A stretch of 64,000 nt of DNA, from NCBI RefSeq assembly GCF_001194135.2, contig NC_068981.1, forward strand, positions 38,607,871 to 38,671,870, in the 5' to 3' direction. Of the stretch, positions 51,870 to 64,000 are shown in pieces (position 1 is the stretch's first letter; each line of letters opens with the position of its first letter). This DNA is from Octopus bimaculoides (lineage: Eukaryota). The translations under genes and the position numbers were made by a program. The notes beneath the pieces were generated by a model, which saw only the letters and a program-made list of their open reading frames with translations, did no database searches and had not been told where the DNA came from.

Positions 51870-53833
51870 GGTGCAAATGGAAACTTCTATGGGCATAGCC
51901 AGGATTTTGATTTAGAGAGTTCTCAATTATTAAAATGGATCCACCATCAACCTTCTAAAATGCATTTGAATATACACGGATATGTATATTATAGTATATA
52001 TTATATACACATATGTAGCATGGAATGGAGCTGGTATTTAGGTTCCTCCAAACCTAACAGTTATGTATGAGTCATCTGTATCTACTTTAAGCATATATTT
52101 GCACCAGAAAAATGCAATTATTAACAGTTCAAGGCAACATTTATAATATATTTTTTGTGTTGTTTGAATAAGTTTCCTCTTCTGTTTTTATTATGTTGAA
52201 ACCTAATGTTTTATTTTTATTTTAAAAGGAAAAGTTAAGGAAAAAAAAGTCATATAGATGGAGACCTTTCTGGCTGTGGTCTTTAGATTTAACTTAACCT
52301 ATGCTATATATTTTGCAAAATGTAATTTATTGATTTTATGTGTAAGAAAATGAACACTTCTAGCCTTAAGTAACCTATATAATTCTCCAGTTTAATTTTC
52401 TATGGTGTTTTATTTTAAAATGATATCTAATACTGCTTGAAAACAAAATATATTGGCATATTTTATATGACACATAGAAATTGATTTTTGTTTCAATTCA
52501 GACAGTCTACCATTCAGAATCTTTCCCCACAAAATTCATCTTGGCCTGCTCTTATTGATTCTTCATGTTCCTTCTAGTGAAAGACCATTTGCCTTGAAGA
52601 AGCTCAGCAAGCTATCAGTATTGATTCCTGTCAAAGTTGTTCCAAACATAAATAATTCCAATATTCAGTCCAGTCTGAATAGCTAGGGCATTGTCAAATG
52701 AATTTAGAAAACTAGAAAGATTTAAACGTTTTATGTGTGAGTGTCTATGTTCGTTTTGCTCTAATGACCTTCAGTTTTATGTAGGGTAAAAAATCACCAG
52801 TCGCTATTTTTTATGTACCTGACAAAAATCAATACAATTGAACCAGATTATTTTTAGCGAGAAATAAGTAGAGAATAACGAATTCTATTATGTTTATATC
52901 AATTCAATTGGTTTAACTATTCTCTTATGTTATTAACTAATCAACATGAAATGAAAATGTTTACTCGTACTCAAGTTGATTTCTATAGTAATCTATATGG
53001 TATTGTATAAATGTAATTGAGTAGTTCATTTTAAACTGATTCAATATCAGTATAAATTACAACTACTGGCAGTTTTAGTTATGTTTTTTACTGCTTTTTC
53101 TTTTATTGTAAAATTTCCAAAATCAAAATCCTGATATCTAAAATACTAAATTGAATTTTTCACTTTTGTATTTGGTTTGCAAGTTTCTTGTGCAAACTTG
53201 TGTGTTGAAACATACTTTGTTACATCTCAGAAGGGTAAACTGAATTTATTTGTTCAGATTCATGTGGGTATGACTTCAAGGAGATCTGGTTATAATTTCT
53301 AGCATGTTGATTGACTGCATGCAAGACTCCTCATTGGCTAATTGCTTAGGGTTATATAAAAGAAAGACCCCCATTCCACATTGTCAATATTTATTTTGTT
53401 AAAGGTTTATTTGTGTTATATTTCTAAATGAAGCAATAATAAAAAATGCAAAAATATCCTGTATATTTCCTTATGTCTGATTTTATTTTAGTAAATTGAA
53501 AGAGAAAAATTTTAACATTTTTTTTTCCCCTGAAAAGCCAAATGAATTTAGAATGAGATGCTTTCCCCATTAAAGTCTGGAGTCATCTTCAGTGACTGAA
53601 TTAAGAATAAATTAATCAGTAGCTTGATAGAATAAAATTGCAGTTTGGTTCTAGAATCTAATGTTATTATATTGGCAATATTTTGTTAGTATTTCTAATG
53701 GAAGTATTTTAATTTATGTACAGTCATGTATGCACACATATACATACTCAACTACATTAATACACTAGAAAATAGTCTTTCTAACACTCTAACCCTGTTT
53801 TGTTAATATTGATTTTTTTTTTACAAGTACAAT

Positions 53834-53834
<1 letters not shown>

Positions 53835-53900
<66 letters not shown>
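53835..53900. repeat. (CA)n microsatellite
   Basis: Read directly. Confidence 0.99.
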
Positions 53901-53901
<1 letters not shown>

Positions 53902-54234
53902 CTATATTTAGTAAGATGTATATTCAATTAAAATGACCACAGTATATTACTAGTACATATTTTCCTATACCATTAGAAATAGTTTTGTTAAACCAGTTTG
54001 GTGAATTAGAGAGTTGCTATCCTATACTTTCACTATATGTATTAGTGTGTTCTAGTCAGTAGAGAAATAAGTGTCTTGAGGTGTTTTTGAATTTCATTTC
54101 GAAATATGTAAAAGAGTGATTTTGGAAGGTAGTCTATTCAAAGTGTTCCATATTTTGTTATACAATTTGCCATAGAATCTTAGGATGAATACTGCAGTAA
54201 CTGGCCTGTCAATAGTATGCATATAATGGTTCTA

Positions 54235-54670
54235 AATTTTGGCCCTGGGCCAGCAATTTCAGGGGAAGGGGTAGATCATTATATTGATCCCAGTGCTCAA
54301 CTGGTACTTATTTCACTGACCCCTAAGGAATGAAAAGCAAAATCAACCTCAGCAGAATTTGAACTCAGAATGTGAAGACAGATGAAATACCATTAAGAGT
54401 TGTGCCCAGCAGGCTAACTGTTCTGCCAGCTAGCTGCTTTAATGGTATACATCAACTATTGTTTTCAAATTTTGGTATAAGGCCAATAGATTCAGGGAAG
54501 GGTGTAAGTGAATTACATCAACCCTAGTGTTCAGCTGGTACTTATTTCATTAACCCCTAGAAGCTGAAAGGCAAAGTTGGCCTTAGCAGAATTTGAACTC
54601 AGGACATGAAGATGGACGAACTGCCCTTAAGCCTTTTTCCTGGCATGCTAACGGTTCTGCCAGCTCACCA
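54235..54670 (-). mobile_element. Two head-to-tail Meta-domain SINE copies
   Basis: Repeated CTGGTACTTATTT...GAAAGGCAAAGT...GCAGAATTTGAACTCAG blocks about 240 bp apart. Confidence 0.85.
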
Positions 54671-55385
54671 CCCTAGTGGTATGTGTATTTTAAGTATGAT
54701 ACATAACAGGCTAATTTATCATGTATTGTTTTCTATAATTGTTGCATATTGATACTTCATATTGATACTTCATAAATGTAATTATTTCTACTCAGAGAAT
54801 ACAATAATTAAAATTTAGTTCTATAAAAACAAGAAAGATAAAAGTAATAATTATCTAATCATTTCATAATATTTTACAATTAAAATGTGTTCATGAGGAA
54901 GATATCTGAGTACCGATGCTCCTTGTAGACCAGGAATAGAATTTTAAAACAAATATTTGTTGTTGTGGTTTTGCTCCATCTCAGGCAAGCTGGTGATCAA
55001 GTTTCCAGTGATGACTAATACTTTCTTTTTGTATATCCAAGGCTATATCATCTATTGTCTCCTTTTTATATTAAGACATTAGAATGTGAGTTGAGGGAGT
55101 TTTGACTGCCATTTTTAGCTTGTCAAGTGACTGCATAGAGACTTCCCAATTGATTGTGAACTCCTAGATGGTTACTTTGTAGGTGAGTTGAAAAGATAGA
55201 CATAATATTGGGGACATACTTTTAAAAGGAATTCTAGTAATTATAGCTTGGAGAAGTGACTCAAGTACATTTGCAAGGAAGTTATATTTTAAATGTTACA
55301 TGTTTATCAGAGAATATTAACATGTGAAATTTAGAAAAGGAGACAGTTAATAAAAATTTTGGTTTTATTGACAAAGAGAAGGAAA

Positions 55386-55493
55386 GAAGGATGGGGGAGA
55401 GAGAGATGAGGAGGGATGGGAGAGAGAGAGAGAGATGAGGAGGGATGGGAGAGAGAGAGAGAGATGAGGAGGGATGGGAGAGAGAGAGAGAGA
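55386..55493. repeat. Purine-rich ~29-bp tandem repeat (GATGAGGAGGGATGGGAGAGAGAGAGAGA) x~3.5
   Basis: Read directly. Confidence 0.95.
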
Positions 55494-56599
55494 TAGTGTA
55501 GGAGAGTGAGAGAAAAAGAGAGAGCGAGAGAGGTTTTGTTTATATTTCTTAGAATAGTCTATAAATATTTGATCAATTGATCAATGTGTTGGTTAAAAGT
55601 CATGTGTTTATTTAATATACTTGCTTTAGATATCAGAAAACATTGGAATATCAGTGGTATTGAAGACAGATTTTCTCTCATTATATAGTAATGAGAGATA
55701 ATCGTGTACATAAATTTATTGCATAGTTTTTGAGCAATGCTTTTGATAATCAATCATCTGCATATCTATTTTGAGAGTTTCATATATTCAGGCAGATGGG
55801 GAACATATTAATATCATAATAATCATCTTCATTATCACATATTCTTTAAAGTTAACGTGTTATAAATTAAGTTATGAAAATGCAACTGTAAATATAGAAC
55901 TAGACTAGTCACAATATTTATACTGTATATATTATAGCTATCTTTAAATGGGAAAAATCAACATAATGATTAAGCATTTTGTGGCAGTTGTCCATCTATT
56001 AAATAATGCTTTTTACAACCAGTTACCATTATTAATTAAAAAAAATTTTTTTTTTTACTTTTTTTACACTATCATGGATTAAGCAAATTTTCAATATGGT
56101 AGATCATTACATGACTATCTTCAATTCTGATATGCATGACATACACATCACCACCTCCTACATCATTTTCTGCCACATGTATCTTTTATCTTATCAGCTG
56201 AGAGCACTTTTCCACTAAAGACTTCATGTTCTTTTGCATTATTTCTCTGTATTAGTGCAGTAGTCTATAGTTTATAATTTGAATGAGGTTTTTAATTTCA
56301 AACCACACAAACACTTGCAAATCACTTGTTCTATGTCTTTCACAAAAGTTAGCACTGAGATTTGTGCCTCCTGGAGGTTTGAGGTTTTCAGAGAGCAAAT
56401 TGGACAGAGAATGATTTTAGTGGAATTTGAGGGGTGGGGCAGAAACTTTGTGCCAAGATAACAGGAAGACTTTGTTGCTGAAATTCTAGTGAAAATTGTA
56501 GAGTGTTCCCAAGACATACTGACAATACCCTTTGAGAGTGGAATATAATGAAGCCAGGACAGCAGTGTTGGGTTGTAGATGAGATTAGAGATTTGCATT

Positions 56600-59000
56600 A
56601 CAGTGAAGAGCAACTTGTGTGATTTGCATGTAGGAAGTGTTTGCTGTGATCTAGGTTAGGCTTGAAGTCAAGTCCATGGATGTTTGTCTTAGAGTAAGAG
56701 AATTAATTGACAAAGTAGGAATATTCATATTTTACTTTATTTCATATATTATTTAGTGTGGGTAACAGAGAAGATGAAAGAGGAGACTATGATTTAGTTG
56801 TTGCTAACTATCTCTTACATAGTAAATATCACCACCAAAGTTTTTGAGACACAAGGCTGAAGTCTTTTCTGGCCTTGAAACTGGTTAGCTTGTTGAAGGA
56901 TTTAACTATACTATGTACATCTGATTACCACAAATATATCATCAAAAATTTTGGGGCATAACATTTGTAGAGTCTTTATGTTATTTTAGTTGCAAGCTGT
57001 CCAGGTATGAGAATATGAGCTACAAAACTGTTTCAATTTTATGTGCAGTAATTGTGTTTGAGCTGTTGAAAGAGATTAGATTGTCAGGTCCCTTCATTTG
57101 AGAATTGTTTTCAAGTTCTTTGATCATTATAGCAATGTAAATTTGGTGTGATGTGTCTCAGTTGCATGTGGATAATGTTTGTGTGACGAAGGTTGTAAAG
57201 TTGGGAAGGGTGGTATCTGTCAACTGCATAGGAGTGAGCCTTGATAAAAGTGAGAGAAGGCAGGTTATTAATGTGAAAGAAGCTGATAGAGTTTTAGTCA
57301 GAGACAGTACCATCAATGCATGCTGTGATGGTGCAATCTAACTGAAAGTTTACTATCCAAGGGATGAAAAGATGGATCAAATCCATAGATGGACAACTTA
57401 GCAAGGAAGTTCTTGTGCCTGATACTGTCAAAATGTCACTGATATTGAGTGCAATGGCATGTAGAAAGCAGAACATTCTGCTTATTTCATAAGGTCTCTG
57501 AAATCGTAATTGTTTTTTTCATTTTGGTAGTAAGAGTGTCATTGATAAAATATCGAAGATGTTTAGATACATAACAATAATAATAATCTTCATTTCAACT
57601 ACCCCATATAATTGATGTCATAGTGTTTTGCTGCTGGAAACAACAAGGTAGACAAAATAAAAGAGACGTCTATTATATAATAAGTTGAAAGTGTACATGG
57701 TTAAGACAAGCAACTAAAAAGTGATCAGAAAGCCAGTCAGTTGGAACTAGCAACAGTAGCACAAAAGACAGCAGAGATTGTTAGTAAAATCAACATGTTC
57801 CAGGGTTTGTCAGACAGCCTTTTCCATCACAGCTAACAGCCAAATAAAGAATGGACAGCACAGAATAGTGAATTTTTCACAAAGTAAAACAACAGTTTTC
57901 ACTTTTCCCCTTTTTGACATTACAAAAACAGCAGATTTTCTATACAAACTTTGCAAACTGACAGCAACTGAACAGTCACAGAAATCTACTTGTATTTAGC
58001 TTGTCACACTTTGGTACACATTTAGCTAAATGTATCAGTACCTCAGTTCTGACAGTTCCATGATATAAAATGTAACTTGTTTGCTGTTTCAATATAAACT
58101 TTTCACCACGAACAATATATTAGTTTTTTGTTTTCTCTTTTGAAATAAACGATTTTCTCTTTTGAATTAAGTTAATTACTTTCTTCTTACAAACTAAACT
58201 GCATGTTGACTCAAAGCTCTTGAATATTCTGAATAATATTTAGCTATCAGAGTAATTATGTCTTTTTAGTAGTCTTTTACAGAACAGAATAAAAATGATG
58301 TTTCTGTTAATGTTAAAGTCAGCCACGATGCTTGCTCCATGGAAACCCACAAAGAAATTACTCCAAGAATTACTTTTACTGACCAAGAATAGGTTCGATT
58401 TAGACTTAGTTGTCAGTGAAATAGGCAAAGGATTCAAGTTGTTAGAGATGACTCATATTGATTTTTCCTTCATCATTTTTGTGATGTCAAAACAGAGAAC
58501 AATAGATTGGTAGTTGTCGGAGTCAGAAAGGTTGCCTATTTTGTGAATGAGACAATGTACCTTGTTTCCATGACCAATATAAACTGTGATCTTGGAAGCA
58601 AAATCTTCCTGATAGATTTTCTTGTGAAAAGATAAAAATTGAAGAATTGGGACTATTTTAGGGTGATAGAAGTGACTTTGTCTTGATCAGTGATTGACAT
58701 GTTGATTTTAAGCAACAAGAAGTGGTTTTGCATTTTATGTAGAGTAAAGAAATAGAGTTTTGTTGTGTGTTTGCAATTTGAAATTGGATGCATTGCAACC
58801 ACAAAATGTGGGAGTGGTCTCTGTGAAAGTACTGCTCATGTAGCTATTATAGCTGAGAAGTAACTGGAAGAAGGATTTTGAAAAGTGTGTAGAGTTATTC
58901 TTTGTGCAGATATAAAGGCACCTTTTACTTTGTAGATAGTAGTCTTGAAAGGGTTGTAGCATTGGTAATCTCTCTTTCATAACATAGCCATTACTGCATC
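56600..59000 (-). mobile_element. Decayed CR1/Jockey-type LINE ORF2 (endonuclease near 58200-58950, RT near 56650-57500)
   Basis: Minus strand IALNISDI...WIVNFQLDCTITACIDGTVS resembles ALDISKAFDRVWH...WI.SFLSDR.I.V.VDG..S; INNLPS..SYA.D motif; LQQLNHSLLF resembles LQPL.HRR. Clade not resolvable by eye. Confidence 0.75.
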
Positions 59001-59199
59001 TCCAAAACTACCCTTCATCATGGGAGCCAGAAAATACTTCATCTCAATCAGCTGGTATGATACTGGTGTTGAAATACAAAAAATGCAAACATTTATGGAG
59101 ATATCATGCTAGTTACTTGCTTACCTAATGAGTGGCAGGAAAGTAATAGCAATATTAATTAGCACTGTAGTATCACTGGAAATAATTACAGGGATAAAA

Positions 59200-59410
59200 T
59201 AGATGGATTGAAGAGAGGCAGTTACAGAGGACTGAAACTGATTGACCAAGTAGTAATTAAAGCAAAGTTAGTCCAAAACAAGATGATTTTGAATCTGATG
59301 TAGTTCAGATTTATAACAGGCAATGGAATTAGAAATGTTATATTTCAGCCATAGCAACTGCAAGAGAACATCTTAGCTAAGAGCAAATTACTGTACTTTG
59401 CATTAGTTTA
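59200..59410 (+). mobile_element. Short RTE LINE RT fragment
   Basis: RGSYRGLKLIDQV...QLQENILAKSKLLYFALV resembles RGNYRGLKLLDQVMK...QLQEKYLAK.KPLYLAFV. Confidence 0.7.
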
Positions 59411-61776
59411 TCCCCAAATGGTCTGAACACTAGCAACTTACAGTTGCCCAGTTTTGTAGATGGCCTATCAAAAAAAAAAAAGTACTTGTTTTCTGGAACT
59501 AATTACTGCCCTTTAACAAATTCCTTAAGTTCTCATAGACATATTGATTTTATTTTTAAAAGATCTGTATATTCATAATAATTAAAATGAGTGTAGGCCT
59601 TATTAGATCTCAATATTTTAACGTTGTAGTTTATTTCTATTACAAAACAATCTTACATGAAGAGAAATTGTTATTCCAGGAAGATAGATAAATATCAATG
59701 GAATAATGCACTATTATTTCCAGTGTCTGAAAAATTAAACACTCAAACTTACTTTTGGAAAAGAAAATACAAAAATTGAAAAAGAAATTTAATTATTCTC
59801 TGTAAAGAATATTAGAGTTTGAAAAGAATAAAGAAAAGTCATTCTTAGAAATTTGATTCATGTCTTGTCAATTCACAAGAAGATTATCTGAAGAATATTG
59901 TGTGACAATTTATAGCAGGTAGAGAGAAGTACAAATTGATCAAGCACTAGTGAATCAGTATTCACTTGGGAAATTACGGTACCAATGTATCTTTCTCAAT
60001 GTTTATCTCAGACATTAACATAAGTCTGGAAGCTCATCAAAGGAAAAGAGAAGGAAAAAAATCTTTTTCAACAAGGGGAATAATTTAATCATTCTTTGCT
60101 GGCTGCTAAGCATAGAAAGCCATTAATCATTGACTATACTCATTTCAGTTATAACATGGAGGTTAAAAGCTATGGATATTACTGATCAATCAAATTTCTC
60201 TGCATTCAAACATGATATATGACCATTATATCAGTTTCTAATCTGTCCACTGTATATCCAATTCTGGGTGGTCATTCTCCTGAAGAAAACATACAAAGGA
60301 TGATTGCTTTTTATCTGACAAATGTTTTAAACCGATATTCTCATTTATCTTATTGTATAAGAAGACCTCGACTCACAATGTATCTGAATTCATTATAGCA
60401 ACATTGATCTAGGCCAACTATTCAAAAGAAATTAAATGACTGTCAGTTCAACAGCAACCATATTGAAAACATCCTTTTTATAACATGATGCATAAACAGA
60501 ATTTGAAAAAAAAAATACACCTCTTTTTTTTTTATATGTGAACTAAAACTGCACAAAGGAGCCCAAACAAACAATGGAGCTTCTATATGCTTGACTTGCT
60601 GAAAATAACAGCCAAATCTGTCTTAACTCACACACTACTGTTTTAAAAATGGAAAGGACACATAATATCAGGTCACCTCAAATACACTTTAATTAGATTG
60701 GAAGGTCATGACTGGAAAATTTCAACTCATAGAATTGAGTTGCATCAACATAAGAGTGAACAGGTGTCATCAACATTATATATATTGACAGAAAAATTGA
60801 GACATGGATGTAGGCACATTTGTGTGGTTAAGAATAGTTGCCAGTACTGCCTGATAATTAAGAAGCTTACTTCACAATCCATGATTTGGGATTTGATCAC
60901 ACTGCAGCAACTATTGTTGTGGGTAGACTGAAATTTTGTGAGCAAAATTGATTAAGTGGAAATTTACAAAAGCCTGTTCGATTCACCTTATTTGTTCAAT
61001 AGTGATCAATTTTATCTGTTGCTTGGTTTAACAACATTACCTGGCTCTCAAGACTACACTGGTTTAAGCATTTGGTTTTTGGTATAAAGATAACCCAGGA
61101 CTTATGGTTTCTACCTTCATGCCCATTGCTATTTACAGGAAAAAATTACAAACAAATCATGTAAGCTGACCTTCTTCTCCTAACTAAGATATGAAAAAAA
61201 ATTATTAAAGTTTTAGAACAGTGTTGTTATTCCCATTGTTTGGACCCATCTGATCTATCCTATCTAGTTTCCAAACAGGGTATCTAGGACTACATTATCC
61301 GATATTACCTTCTACTTTTCAGATTTTACACTGAGAAATAAAAGAGATACAACTATGGAGAGTTCTCACTGCTAACTCACTGGGGTATTTAGATCAGATA
61401 GTGTAAGAGACAAGGTCATATTGAAGGGAACATTGAAAAACTGAATTCGTTGATATGTGTGGAAAGTTATGTGCATGAGCGTATGCATGTGTGTGTGTAA
61501 TCATAGAATGAACTGGGCTGATGCTTCAGTAACATATAGGATGTCACAATTGAGAGCTGGTGAAAGACACTTGGCCATGTGCTATGCATGCTCATAGATC
61601 AGTAACGGTCTCTCTTAAGTGAAAGTGAAATGGGTGTGATAGACATATTCAGAGATAGGTGAGAACTGTGTTAGAGGATTTGGGAGTTATGGAACGGGTG
61701 GGAACAGGCTGATGACATGGGTTACAGCCATACTGGATACTTGGTGTAGATCTATTCATGGTTAACAGGGAACTAA

Positions 61777-61821
<45 letters not shown>

Positions 61822-63348
61822 AATCTTAGCAAACCATGTCAAAAGCTTGCTTCTAGGCTAGGTCCATATCTGCCAGTCCTTACCCGTCTCTTAATAGGTC
61901 TACTTTATCTCTTACACACACACATACACATTCCTCTCTCTCTGTCTCCTCTTCTCTTTCTACATGTGTGTGAGATTATGTGTGAGTGCATGCACTTACA
62001 TACGTACACTGCATAAACAATTAATTTGCCTTGCTGTTGTTGCTGAAAATTATCATTAAATGATGTTTCATTGCAAAAGTCTGAAGACTGTAGAATACAC
62101 TTTAAATGCAAATCATTAAAATTTTTTTGTTCTCTTTATGTCTGAGTTCATCTTTGCTAAAACAATTTTGTCTATTATGTTTTATTTGTTATAGCATACA
62201 TGGAGAAACCACATACATTCACATAAAGCCCGTCCCATATATGTATGTATGTGTGTGTGTGTTATGCTAATTCTAAGCAAGAGTAGCCCAAATATATGAA
62301 CGTTTCGATGAAAGTGGGTATGACGATAGAGGAGATAATGAGAATAATGAATAACATCCAGTTTCTACCTTAATGATACTATAATGAAAGTTACCTATCA
62401 TTCCTATATTGACCTTTATTCATTTCTTGCTCGTTATATCTTCCTTTATCTGATTGATATCATCACCCTCACTGCCTTCTTACATTCATTATCTTTATTT
62501 ATATCATTGATTCTTTACTTATACATAAAACCTTAAATTTACAATAAAGCTGAAAGATATTGTTTTCTTTCCTCAGCTTTTCTGAATGCCATTGAGATCA
62601 AAAAACATTACCTGGCTTTAATTGAGATAAAAAAAAAAAAAAATTGGGCTCATAGATTTGTTCACCGCTGGCAGCTTACCTCAATATTTATCCAAGACCA
62701 CTTTCCTCAAACTTTCAAGGTGGTAGCAAAGCATTGAAACTTAGCAGACAATTTTAGCTATATATAACACTTTTAACTGCATAGTTCTTGGAAAATAAAT
62801 AAAATACAGAAACATAATGGTCTCAACTTGAAAGGGAGCTGTAAGACAAAGACTAATGGTTTGTTTGGGTTGAAAATGGTGCAAAATATTTTATGTTCTT
62901 GAATAACAAACATTATTTTCTACTATCTTTCTACTGAGATATATCACCTGTTTCTTCTACATATCTTATAATAGTTTACCTATCCAATTATTAACTGTTC
63001 TTCTAAGTTCATAGAAAAATGTTAAAACCTGCAGAAATATCCAAATTATAATAACAGAAAGGAAAAAAAGAGTTGTAAAACCCGAAGTAAATTATGACTA
63101 CAAGTTTTGTTATTTTTTTAATTTCAATTTTGTTGCTTTTAGTGTGATTATATTACCATCAACATTGACATTATATCCCATCACTGAATTAGTGGTGTCA
63201 GCAGTATCATATTCATTACTGTCATTGTTAACATCATCTCATCTTTATTCCTAGCATCGTCATCATTGTTATAATCATTGCTGCTATCATTTAATCATCA
63301 TTATCCATGCATTACCTCCCCCTGCCCTTGCTCTTTATATCAGTATGA

Positions 63349-63351
<3 letters not shown>

Positions 63352-63426
<75 letters not shown>
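63352..63426. repeat. (TA)n microsatellite
   Basis: Read directly. Confidence 0.99.
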
Positions 63427-63430
<4 letters not shown>

Positions 63431-64000
63431 AATATACATGTATATATGCATATATATATACACACACACATACACATACGTACATATGTATGCATGTATG
63501 TATGTATGTATTATTTCTCAGTGATTTTCATGAAAACCTACTTTGAAATAATATCAGTGGTATTGTTTGGAAAAACAAAATATCAAACCCAACATTCAAT
63601 TAGTAGACAGAGAGTCTGACAGATGAGGAAAATCCCTGATTTTATCAATAACTTCTCCATTAACAATTCACAATCTGCAATAAAAGCATTTTTGATTGCT
63701 TATTTTATTTTGCCAAATTTCAATTTTATTTAATTTCTTCTTTCAGAATAACAGATAATGATTATCAGTTTTGTGGAAGCTATTCATTTTTGTTTTGTTT
63801 GCAAAATTTGAAGATCCTTTCAGACTTTATTACTCGCATTTGTTGAAAACAAAATACCAGAGTGGGTAGGTGGTGGATGGTGATGGTGGTGGGTGGTGGT
63901 GGTGGTGGGGATGCTGTAGCTAGTGGGAAAAATGAAATATATTTCGTGCTGAAGGAGGCTATTGTCCAGTTCTATATGATGAAAATCATTGTTGAATAAA

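Noticed and set aside
2287-62111. Many CVCV, THTH, YIYI and ERER ORFs
   Set aside because: Translations of (TG)n, (CA)n, (TA)n and (GA)n microsatellites.
62280-62375. CpG-containing patch with two short open frames (RVAQIYERFDESGYDDRGDNENNE* and MNVSMKVGMTIEEIMRIMNNIQFLP*)
   Set aside because: Short, weak splice context, no linking exons or recognisable homology.
62681-62760. Strong - strand donor (GAG|GTAAGC) suggesting an exon
   Set aside because: All frames from the nearby acceptors contain stops; a non-coding exon cannot be excluded but is unsupported.
63860-63910. G-rich (GGT)n tract with G4 potential
   Set aside because: Ordinary low-complexity trinucleotide repeat, common in this type of genome.

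Overview
AT-rich eukaryotic genomic DNA, dense in microsatellites, with four N-gaps from a short-read assembly. The repeat complement looks like an octopus (coleoid cephalopod) genome; this is my inference from recognising the SINE, RTE and MITE families, not a search result. No host gene could be named. Almost all of the real coding signal comes from decayed mobile elements: RTE (BovB-like) LINE pieces, a CR1/Jockey-type LINE, Penelope-like elements, mariner/Tc1 transposase remnants, MITEs and many tRNA-derived SINEs. Most ORFs in the supplied track are microsatellite or N-gap artefacts. By hand I could assemble two low-confidence, phase-consistent sets of exon-like segments in the first 21 kb: a + strand 3' end at 740-7024 and a - strand chain at 15084-8579, arranged convergently. 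There is also a speculative + strand chain whose in-frame stops are all TAG/TGA, with an inverted-SINE fold-back nearby. I found no well-supported novel biological system; the top leads need RNA-seq to stand or fall.
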